From assembly GCA_047495785.1 (NCBI GenBank), contig JBLDXI010000021.1, forward strand, positions 1,178,001 to 1,242,000: DNA of 64,000 nt, given 5' to 3'. This document shows positions 37,862 to 49,283 of the stretch, in pieces. Source of the stretch: Lepidodermella squamata (lineage: Eukaryota > Animalia > Gastrotricha). How positions within the stretch are numbered: the stretch's first letter is position 1; the number at the start of each line of letters is the position of its first letter. Below the pieces are notes generated by a model. It worked only from the letters and a program-made list of their open reading frames with translations. It ran no database searches and was not told the origin of the DNA. The translations under genes were made by a program, and so were the position numbers.

Positions 37862-38150
37862 ATTATAAAGATTCGTTTGCAGTCTTCAATTTTTAACAAA
37901 AACTTCAACTTAATATAAAAATGGTTATAGACAAAGTAAAATGAATATTCGCACAACTTCAAGCACGGCTGAAGCAAATAGGAATTGGTGCTGAAAATAC
38001 AATTCTCTACCTAAGGCCTAAGGGGTCAAATAATGGCCAAATAGTGTTGCTGCTGTGACCAACAAGGGATTAACTAAAGAAATAACATTTTACTTAGTAT
38101 TTTAATTGATCGCTTGGCTTGAATGCCAATTATAAAAGTTCACCCATGCG

Positions 38151-38399
38151 TTATAGGTAAACATGCTGGGCCTCGATTTTGGACCAGAAAATTGCCATAG
38201 CAGCCAATGCTTGCAATCCGGCAAAGACCGATCCAGCCGCAACGTTTCCGACATAGGCCTGGGCTGCGGCAGCCAACGATCCGGCTACCGGTCCACTAGC
38301 ACTGCATCCGAGCCATGCAACCATTGTTGGGGCTCCAATGGGGCTCAATCAGATGACAGTTCCAACGCCGGTAACAATAAGCCACGAAATTACTCCCAC
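38151..38399 (-). pseudogene. IFI27/ISG12-like pseudogene
   Basis: Paralog of 36688-36909 with ATG changed to GTG at 38399 and an in-frame TGA (TCA in the paralog) at about 38350. Confidence 0.75.
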
Positions 38400-38834
38400 T
38401 TAGTTTTATTAAACTTAGTTTTATTTAAGCTATTTATTCGGCTGTTAAAAACGTGAAATCGATTTCACCCCTGTGTTCGGCAGTGTATATGCCGGTCTGG
38501 GTTACAGAGAAAACACGCATATACGGAACAAGTTATTAGGGAAAGTAGGCTCTGCTAGATAGGCGAAGGGCTATTCTGCAATCTTGCTTGATTTCCAAAT
38601 AAAAAAACTGAAAATGACGTTGGGACCAATTTTGATTGTTCATTGTGATATCTCAATCGGCTATTGGAAGAAATTGCCCTATACGATGCGACATATATTT
38701 CAAGGGTACAAATCAGCGGTTCCTAGGCATAGAGGGAAAATTCTAGCTGAACTATAAAAAAGAAACGATGTCTTCATTTTTCAGAGCAACGCACGCAGTA
38801 GAATAAAGAATAACTCGCAACAGCTCCCGAAGGC

Positions 38835-41800
38835 TTAAAATACCAACAACATTGTAGCTTCGAGCTTGAAAGGTGCAACAGTGGCCTTATCGGGTTCCAT
38901 CTGTACCATTCGCGATTTAAGTAGTGCAGCAATCTCCGTATGATTTGATTCAACAGCCACATCAAACGCAGTCATGCCGTCAGTATTCACAATGTTGATG
39001 TTAGCGCCTCGATCGAGAAGTAGCTTAACAACGTCCAAATGTCCCTCCTCCGCAGCTGCCATCAAGGCTGTCCAATTGTATGTATCATTCGCAGCAGCAC
39101 CCTGATCGAACAGCGGCTTGACTTCGCCGAATTGATCCCTGTCAGACGCTGCCATCAGTGGATTATTGCCATCATTCGTCTTCCTACATGCAAAAGCTCC
39201 TCGATCGGATAACACCTCGACGACCTCAAGGTGCCCATTAATAGCCTTTATCAGCAAAGGTGTCCAGCTTTCGTTAGTTTTGCAGTTGTTGTTAGCTGCT
39301 CGATCGAACAACAACTTGACGACTGCCGATCGATCATTCTCAACTGTTGCATGCGAAGCTGTGGCACTGGTGTTCGTCGATCTGCTGTCAACATAAGCGC
39401 CTCGATCAAGAAGAACCTTGACGACGTCCACATACCCCTCTTGAGCAGCAACCATCATCGGCGTCCAGCCATCGTCCGTTTTACTATCTACAGCAGCTCC
39501 ACGATCCAGAAGCACCTTGACGACGTTCAAATGCCCCTCGTAAGCAGCTGCCATCACCGGCGTCCAGCCATCTCCTGTCTCACTGTCAACAGCAGCTCCC
39601 CGATCAAGCAGTAACTTCACGACCGCCGTCTGATTATTCTCGGCTGCGACATGCAACGCCGTAAAATCGTTGTTAAGGTTGCTGTTGATGTCAGCGCCTC
39701 GACCGAGCAGCAACTTGACAACTTCGAGGCGGCCGTTACTAGCCGCCACCATCAGCGGTGTCCAACCGTCATTTGTCTTGCTTTCGAGGTTCGCTCCTTG
39801 ATCCAGAAGCAATTTGACGACTTCAAGGTACCCCTCTTGAGCAGCAACCATCATCGGCGTCCAGCCATCTTCTGTCTTACTGTCTACTGCAGCTCCCCGG
39901 TCGAGCAGCAACTTCACCACTGCCGTCTGATTATACGCGGCTGCGATATACAGCGCCGTTGCATTGTTGTTCAGTTTGCTATCAACGTGTGTGCCTCGAT
40001 CAAGAAGCAATTTGACGACGTCGACGTGCCCTGAACTAGCCGCGTATATAATCGGCGTCCAGCCATCTTCTGCCTTATTATCCGCTGCAGCTCCTCGATC
40101 GAGCAGCAATTTGACGACTTCGATGTGGCCGTGATTTGCCGCTGTCATCACCGGTGTTATACTTTCAATTGTCTTACTTTCGACGTTAGCTCCTCGATCG
40201 AGAAGTAGCTTTACAACTGCCGTTCGGTTGCTCTCAGCTGCGACATACAACGCTGTATCATTGGTGATCCCTTTGCCTTCGATATCCGCGCCTCGATGGA
40301 GAAGAACTTTGACGACGTCCTCATATCCCTCTTGAGCAGCAATTATAATCGGCGTCCAGCCATTTTCTGTCTCACTGTCAACAGCAGCTCCCCGATCGAG
40401 CAACAACTTCACCACTGCCGTCTGATTATACGCGGCTGCGACATACAACGCGGTTGAATTGTTGTTCAGTTTGCTGTTAATATCGGCGATCGTTCAAGAA
40501 GCAATTTCACGATATCGACGTGCCCTGAACTAGCCGCAATTATAATCGCTGTCCAGCCATCTTCTTTCTTACTATCTACAGCAGCTCCTCGATCGAGCAG
40601 CAACTTGACGACTTCGATGTGGCCGTAAGTAACCGCCGTTATCAGCGGTGTCCAACTTTCATTTGTCTTAATTTCGAGGTTAGCTCCTCGATCGAGAAGT
40701 AGCTTTACAACTGCCGTGCGGTTGCTCTCGGCTGCCCAATACAAAGCTGTAGCATTGGTGTTTAATTTGCTTTCGATATCCGCACCTCGATCTAGAAGAA
40801 TCGCCACGAGTTCTAGGTTCCCTTCATCAGCAGCTGTCATCATCGGCGTCCAGCCGTCCTCAGTTTTACTATCTACAGCAGCACCTCGATCGAGCAGCAA
40901 CTTTACGACTTCGAGGTGGCCGTTAGTAGCTGCTATCATCATAGGCGTCCAGCCGTCATTAGTTTTGCAGTCAATTTTAGCTCCTTTATCGAGCATCAAC
41001 TTAACGACTGCTGTTCGATTAAACCGAGCTGCGGCATACAAAGCTGTTTCACTAAAGTTCGTCGATCTGCTGTCAATATTCGCGCCTCGATGAAGAAGCA
41101 ACTTGACGACGTCTAGGTATCCCTCTTGGGCAGCAAACATCATCGGCGTCCAGCCTTCGTCTGTCTTACTGTCTACAGCAGCTCCCCGATCGAGCAACAA
41201 CTTCACGACAGCTGTCTGATTATACTCGGCTGCGATATACAACACCGTTGCATTGCTGATCAGTTTGCTGTTAACATCTGCGCCTCGATTAAGAAGCAAG
41301 TTTACGATGTCGATGTGACCTGAACCAGCGGCTGACATCGTTGCTGTCCAGCCGTAATCAGTTTTACTTTCCATCGCTGATCCGCGATCGAGTAACAATT
41401 TCACGACGTCAAGGTGCCCATGATTAGCCGCGGTCATCGTCGGCGTCCAGCCGTCCTCAGTCTTACTATCAATTCTAGCACCCCGATCAAGCAGCAATTG
41501 AACGATTGCTATCTCATTATTTTCGGCGGCGATATACAACGCGGTTAAATTGTTGTTCAATTGGCTATCGACATCAGCTCCTCGATCGAGAAGCAGCTTG
41601 ACGACGTTCAAATGGCCTTTTCCGGCTGCTAAATACAACGCCGTAGCGCTGAAGTTGCTCTTGCTGTCGATATTCGCGCCGTGGTCGAGAAGCAACGTGA
41701 CGGCGTCCAGTTTCCCTGCCTCTGCCGCGGTCATCATCGGCGTCCAATTGTCATTTGCTTCCATGTCAACGGTGGCCCCTCGATCAAGAAGCACCTTAAC

Positions 41801-42514
41801 GACGATCAAGTGGTTATTTCCAGCTGCCAAATGCAGCGGTGTATGTCCCCACTTGCTCTCCTTGCTGCGAATGTCTGCGCCGCGATCGAGCAGTAGACGG
41901 ACGATTTCCAGTTGCTGGTTCAGCCAGTTCCGGCAATTAGCGACACGGTGCAACAGAGTGAAGTTGCGCATGTCGTACAAGCAGGCCGTGTCCAGATTAA
42001 GATATCGCCAATTCGGGTCAAAGTTGCCGCCTGTTGCTGCATCGATCTCGGCAACAAGTCGCCGAACCACGGCAGCGTCAGCATAAGCAGCACAAGCTGA
42101 TCCAAGCCGCTTGTAAAGGTCGAATACGGCAGCATTTTGTGTCTAAAAAATAAATCCTCAATACTCAATAGGTTGTGATACTAATGATTAAATGACAGGT
42201 GTGATCTGTCAACCTGTACAACCTGTTTTTTTCTTCATCAGCTTTTTCTGTTTTTTGGAAACTTTACAAGTGTGCAACTCGCCAAACATGTTATGTACTT
42301 TGTTCAGTTGAGAATTTAATATATTCAATATAATATGTTATAGAGCAGCGAGTTTTGATTGTAATCATATAACTATGCGACTTGATTCGCGATTCAATAT
42401 ATTATATATTCTCACCTGTGGTGTCGTGGCGTCGTCGCTTTCAGCGTCGTAGTCATGGCTTTCAGCTGAAGCGGTCGCCGATATAAGTAGAATGCATAGG
42501 AGCATCCATGCCAT
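38835..42514 (-). CDS. Large ankyrin-repeat protein (~28-30 repeats) with predicted signal peptide; 1-nt frameshift near 40489
   Basis: Exon 1 at 42514-42416 (MAWMLLCILLISATASA...) and exon 2 from 42142. ORFs 40466-42070 and 38835-40448 join if one base is restored in CGA-TC-GCC-GAT, where R-G-A-D is expected. Confidence 0.8.
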
Positions 42515-43923
42515 CGTTTAATCGTTACTGAAGTTTTGAATGTTCAACAACGAAATTTCAACAAAAATTAAGATAACGTACTTCGCGATGTTATGCTTTT
42601 AAGATAAAATTTACGAATAAATCACCTTGTAATTAGCATGGAAAGACATTATTACCAGAATTTTGTCAGCTGGTCCCGTGTCGTCAATTAAAATGTCTCA
42701 CTCCTACACTGGCGAACCTTCATAGACATAACTTACCATAAACTGGCGACTCACGATTAGAAAATCGGCGCCAGATGGTCAGCTGATTCATCAGCGCTTG
42801 GAGGGCGAAAACCGAAAATTTGCTAAGAAATATTCCCTGACCTTTTTGGACTTGCCGCGACTTAGCCAACCCCCGGGTCACGTACACACGCACTTATGGT
42901 ATCCACTGGTATCCTCTGCGACGTTTTTCGCGATTTTTGTAAAAAAAAGAATAGATTGCTTCATTCGATGCTGCTGATTCCGAATCTGTTTTTGTTTTAA
43001 AATTATGATGCACCGTTGCAAAGATATAAGACATCAAAATCGCTTCCGCATCGCGCACTTTTTTACGCATCGCTCGCTCTTTGGCATAGCCAAAACTGGC
43101 CAAAACCTAGGGTAAAAGCTCCCGTAAAAATGAATAGCCACTTAAAATTGACCCCAAACTACATAACCGTAACTTGTAAAAGAGCAGGTACCTTGTAAAG
43201 GCAGGGCTAGGGTAATTCGACCCCGCTGATTCGAAGTCAGATTTGAGCTACATCTCACAATTTTAATTAACGGAGGCGACCCCGAATTCAGATGTTGATC
43301 ACAATCACAATCAACTATGAGATAGGCTACAGCAACCTTGGCGGTTTCATTGGTTTTGAAAATTGATAGAAAGTCTGGCTAACAGCAGCCTGTTTTGAGG
43401 GTAAAAAGACCTTGAAATTCTATACGATTTCCTGAAAAGGCACGGCGTCTTTTCAGGTCTGAACTGACAATGAAAATAATTCTAGTAGGGATTACAGTCA
43501 CAATGAGCATTGAATGATGAAAATGTGTTAGAAACGAATTTTTCGAATATTATTCAGGATGCGTGCGCAATTCACTAAAATTACTCGTTAGCGCAAGTTA
43601 CTAAGTGCGCAAAAGGCTAAAATGCGCAAATTACTTTACTTTAGTGCGCAAGTTACTTTGCGCATGTTCCAATATACCCATAATTTTATAATCAAGCATT
43701 TAACTCCGGAAGATTTGCCGCAAACGGGCTACGTTGGATCAAGAATATTTGATGGCTTCACCTTTCACCTCAATGTTTAACGTGTTTAATATGACTATTA
43801 CTATAACTACGAGGTGCGTGTTTTTGCGACAATAAAATGGATGTCGTAAGGTGTGATAACTGGACCCAACATATACTATAAGCTCATTTTACCATCTCCA
43901 CTTTATTAATATTCCTCAGAGCA

Positions 43924-46067
43924 ATGAATCTAACTAATAGATATTTTCCTGTCTTCGCAATTCTCGTCGTAGCCAGTTGTTATGCATTGGTAAGTTTCGC
44001 CCATTTACTTTGAATGATTGTTCCCTATGGGGCCTTATATTCAAAAAATGCGCTTTCAGATCAGCCTGGCGAATGGGATCGTCCGTCCGCGCCCTTGCTC
44101 TAACCGTGCCGTTCGAGACATAGCGCAAATCAGGACGCTCCTCAGAGAGTGGAACGCTAGTGTGACAAGAGCATCGCATGAAAGCTACAAAGCCTCTTAC
44201 GAATGGGCCGTGGACATGAATCCTAGAACCCTAAATGCGATGGTATAAAGAAGTCATCAAAATTAAACTCCTCAACTAATTAAGCTCACTTTTAGAATTT
44301 CGCCTCGGTCGGCTATTCGGATATCAAATCAGAAATTTGGGAAATCGCCCCGTGTATCGCCTGTACAAACTGCACCCAGATGGAGAGAAGGCGAATAGAA
44401 CTTGGCTACCTTAACATTGGAGAATCTGCCCTCCCGCCTGGCCATTCAGTCGAAGAAGCATCCGTTGTTCGAATGACCAGCATTTACTCATCGGCTAAAG
44501 TTTGCCTGCCAAACCAGCAGCAGCATTGTTTGAAACTCGACCCAGGTATTAAGGTAGAATTTATTCAAAATTTGTCGTAGCACAGATATCTGACAGATCT
44601 GACTAATATCATGGCCCAATCTCGAGATTACTGTAAGCTGTTGTGGGCTTGGGAAGGTTGGCGAAATCAAACTGGCCGTCGTATGCGATATTTCTACCCA
44701 TACTACGTCAGTCAGGAAAACGCAGCCGCTGAACTAAATGGTACAACTGCTTTCAAATAAAAAAGCCTCCAATTTTTACGTCGAGTTTAGGTTTCGAGAA
44801 TGCTAAGGATATGTGGAGCTACGATTACACCTACGATGATCCAACTTTTTTCGAACAAATCGAGAGAGCCTGGATCGATGTCAAGCCACTTTACCAGCAT
44901 TTGCATGCTTATGTTCGGCGGAAATTGGTGGCTTTCTACGGCGAGGGGATCTTCCCGGATAGTGGCCACATTCCCGCTCATCTCTTAGGCAACATGTGGG
45001 CCCAAGATTGGTCGGGGGTTTACGAACTTGTTATTCCATACCCAGAAGCCCCCTTTATCGACCTTACAGAGCTCTTGCAACGAAAAAACGCAACGGTCCT
45101 CGATATTGTTCGCGATGCTGATGCATTTTTCCAGTCTATAGGAACGGAGCCTTTGCCTAATAATTTCTGGAAATATTCTGTTTTCACGAAGCCGCCTGGG
45201 GTTGAAATGGTTTGCCAGCCCTCATCGTGGGATATGTACAACACCGATGATTTTCGCATAAAGATGTGCGCCCAGGTTAATGGCTACGATTTCGGAGTAA
45301 TCCATCACGAAATGGGGCATATACAGTACTTTCGAGCCTATAAAAATCAACCGATTGAGTTCCGGAAGGGTGCTAATCCCGGCTTTCAGGAGGCTATTGG
45401 AGATCTTATCACTCTCTCGGCGTTAACTCCAAGCCACCTTAAAAACATCGGCCTATTACCTGAAGATTCTGTGGATAATAACGAAACTATGATCAATAAT
45501 TTGATGCTGATGGCTCTGAAGAAGGTCGCATTTCTGCCGTTTGGGTACCTCATCGACAGCTATCGTTGGTCACTTTTCAACGGCTCGATAGCTACGGAAA
45601 AACTAAACGAAGCTTGGTGGAAATATCGATGTGGTTTTCAGGGCGTCTCCCCGCCAATTTCAAGGTCTGAAAGTGATTTCGACCCTGGTGCTAAATACCA
45701 CGTAGCTGCCTCCGAGCAGTACATGATGTACTTCTACGCCTATATCGTTCAGTTCCAATTTCACCGCAGCTTATGCCGCCGAATTGGGAAAACATCACAT
45801 TTTCATAATTGCGATATTTTCAACTCAACAGCGGCAGGGAAAGTTCTGTTTGATTCGCTAAAACTTGGCTCGTCCGTTCCTTACCCGAGAATTCTGAACA
45901 GGTTAACTGGATCCTCAACATTGAATGCTTCGGCTTTGCTAGACTATTTCGCTCCGTTGTATGAATGGTTGATAAAGGAAAACGAAGGCTACGACCTCGG
46001 CTGGGAAGAAACTTGCCCGAATGAATTTCCCAAGCAAAAATGCAATTATGAATTTTTGCGATTTTGA
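43924..46067 (+). CDS. ACE: ACE-like peptidyl-dipeptidase (M2), copy 4; divergent, with fewer introns
   Basis: Leader [22 protein letters not shown]; motifs [23 protein letters not shown] and FDPGAKYH. Confidence 0.92.
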
Positions 46068-46444
46068 TATAGTTTATTAGTCCTTTTGCTCGTCTTAATT
46101 TCCGGTAATAAATTATTAATTAATTACTTTAATATTTTTTTAATTTGCTAACTAAGAATAACGTACATTCTGGAATTATTCCCCCACCCCATTTTGGCTG
46201 CCAATTTTTTGCTCTCAGATCTTGCCACCGTGGGCCTTGCGAGTGCAAACAATTTCATCAGCCCACCTACCACTGGCTAGAGACTTTTCGGTGGCGTGTA
46301 TACGCCTTATCTATCCTTCCGCCGGCCATGAATTCATTTTCGAGGACATTTTTTGCCCATTTGAACAGATATCGAAGCGAAATTACCAGTGCCATGGAAC
46401 ATCGTAGAAGAAACGGCGCTTGTTATCTTATCACAGCCTCAGGT

Positions 46445-46451
46445 TATAAAA
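46445..46451 (+). promoter_or_regulatory. Candidate TATA box of the FABP gene
   Basis: TATAAAA lies about 105 bp upstream of the FABP ATG. Confidence 0.4.
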
Positions 46452-46555
46452 TGGCCCGACTAGGATAATTCAGCTTCATTCTCCCTAAAAGCGACGAGAG
46501 GTCACCTTAATTTTCCAGCAACACGCGATAAATCCTCCTACCCACTCTCTAGAAA

Positions 46556-47128
46556 ATGCCAGCTCAAGTAGCAACCCTGTCGAACCATGCCGTGTACGAA
46601 AACAACAACAACAGCAAATTCAATCACAGCAACCCATGGGCTGAATACCACGGTGTTTGGCACATCGAGTCTGTCGACAACTTCGATGGCTATCTGAAGG
46701 AACTCGGCCTATCTTGGGTGCTGCGAATGGTCGCCGCGAGCGTGAAGGGCGGCAATGACTACGACATTGTTGTTGATGGCACCAACATCACATTCAACTT
46801 CATAACACCCGTCATTTCCCTACCTCCGAACACCTTTATTGTTGATGACGTCGAAACTGAGGCATACATCATGGGCAAGGTGTGCAAAGGCCGGACTGTT
46901 TGGGATGCTCAGTCGAACAAGTTGATCGTGGTGTTGAAAGATTCGGAATGTGGCAAAATGAAGGGCCAGCGAGTAGAGCGTGTCATCGAGGGTGACCGAC
47001 TAATTGAAGTAATTTTATAATCTCAATTGAAAAATCCACCTTAAAAAATTATTATTTTCCCACAGACTTACTACATTGGCAAAGAAGTCAGCAAGCGAGT
47101 GTTCAAGCGTGGCAACAAAAGTCACTAA
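46556..47128 (+). CDS. Fatty-acid/retinoid-binding protein (FABP family), 2 exons
   Basis: GVWHIESVDNFDGYLKELGLSWVLR signature. Intron 47009-47065 leads into TYYIGKEVSKRVFKR...*. Confidence 0.88.
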
Positions 47129-49283
47129 ACGAATCACTCAATCAAATTTTCTACCTTATGTATATCAAAGACACATAAAAATAATAACGTTTTTTCAATA
47201 TCCTGTGACTGAAATCGCGATGGTTCAATGACCGATTTCTCTCACAAAAATGCTCAACATATGAACTTTATCGTATTTGAAATGTGATGCTCTGTGAATT
47301 CTGGATGTTTTAAATTGTGAAGGAATTTCGGATATCACTTGGCCATCAGGGATCGTGATGTTTTGTGACCGATCCCTGCGGCCTTGTATGGCACTTCTAC
47401 ACGGAGCTTATGAAATCCCTGATGTGAAAAACTGTGACGGGATATCTCAAAGTGGAGTAGAGGCTAAAACTTTCTAACATTCCTGATGATGCCGAGTTCA
47501 TCAATTGACGGAATGATGGAAGCGCCAGCTTGCGCTTGCTTTCTATATCAGAAAACTTGAATACTTTGGCTTCAGCTTTCAACACTTGCGTATTATTTGA
47601 TGAATTCTTGAGGTTTTTAATGACAGAATTCGGTAATAAAAACGCGACTGATAAATTTGGAATAAAGACGGGATTTTATCTTCTTACTCCTTGCCCCGCT
47701 CGGGCGGCATTTGATCAAAAATTGCAGGAATTTTCCAGTTCCTATTGTGTTTTCCGCTCTCTCGCTATTTTCTCTCAGTAACAGGAAATCTGGCCAACAT
47801 TCGTGTTAATCATACAAAAATTATCCAAAAACCCCATTCACTCGGTGTAGAACGCAAGCACAATCGATAAGAATTAATGAATGAAGACTCAGTCTCCTCA
47901 TAGTAATAAAAATGGCTGGTATGTGACCCAGGTCACAGTGCTCCACAAAGCCCTCTCTTCTATTTGTAGCCAATCATATTATTGCCTCATTTCGCTTCTT
48001 TTTTACAAACAAATGAATGTTCCCCAACAACGTAAGCCGTCCTTAGCCTCTTGCAATATCTTCGATTGGACCACGGTATATACTTCCCACTGAAAAGCAT
48101 GGCAAGCTTGTTTTGGCTGAATTGTGGTGCCCTAAAATTTGATTTGCGATGAGAGCCCTAATACGCGCGTCCCCGCAGAGTCCAGAATCCTGATCTAAAA
48201 CAGGCTTGGCCAGCTAGACTAACTGGTCTAGTTTTATGCAGTTATTATGCTAAAATTCAAAAAATGCCGCTCTGATTAAAAAGGAAGAAATTTGAATAAC
48301 TCCACCATTTTCTAGTTATTCATTGGTTTCACTTTGACCGAATTCACTGAGACCTTAGACAATTTCGGTAGGCAGACACAAACTTCGCGATGCATGCGCA
48401 TTATAGCCATCGCGATTTCTTACGAAAATCGAAAATATTATAGCTAACGTAATGACCCTTGCGGATACTTATGCGATTATTCCGCCAGGTAGTAATCGCG
48501 TGGCAAAACGCACGCCTTCTCGGCACTTAAAGCTAAAAATGTGACACTTACCTCGGGCTACAACGAGAACCATGGAATTTAGAAAGTTGAAAAATGTGTA
48601 AATTTTCGATGTTATGCTCGCAGAAGATAAACATGAGTTGCGTCACTTGTGAGGTGTCATGCGTTGCGCAGATCATGACGTATCTGAATTTATCACTGTT
48701 GACTGGAGGGACCATTATTTCCACCAATTTCTAAATCAAATCGCAGACTGAATGACTAATCAATTTTCCGGTTTTCTAGGAAATCGAAGGTGTAATCAAT
48801 TACCTAAAAAGATGACGTCCTTAATTTTATTTAAACTGAACAACGCTTTGCTCAGCCCTGACGATCCAATAAATATATTCAACAGGAACTGACGTGAACT
48901 TTATTTTAAGCGGTCTCCTGCTTATGCTGAATTTTCCTATTTTTATCCTACTGATCCATGGTGGCCAGAATCAAAATTACCAGTAATATCTTAAAATTTG
49001 CGGGGTCAAAACTGCATTTGAAAAATCTTTCATTTTCACCGAGCGGATGCGCATCTTGCCGGCGATTTTACTGACGGCATGCTTTTTTTGAGCGTGTAAT
49101 CACCATAGTTTCGGTCTTTTCCAGAGCCTTTAATCGCTCAGCCTCGTGCGCTCTCCTCGTTTCTTAAAAATTGACAAAATTACGAAAAGATTTTTTCAAT
49201 TTTCTTGAACCGCGAGTTTCCGCACTAATATTATTTGCAGGTGCGTGCAGGTTTTCCTGATTTTTTATAGTTGTTTTCACCTC

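Noticed and set aside
33226-42086. Many Ser/Thr/Ala-rich plus-strand ORFs
   Set aside because: They are antisense shadows of the ankyrin repeats.
33132-42100. ~99-bp periodic repeats as a CRISPR-like array
   Set aside because: The period equals 33 codons of ankyrin coding sequence, with no repeat-spacer structure, and the context is eukaryotic.
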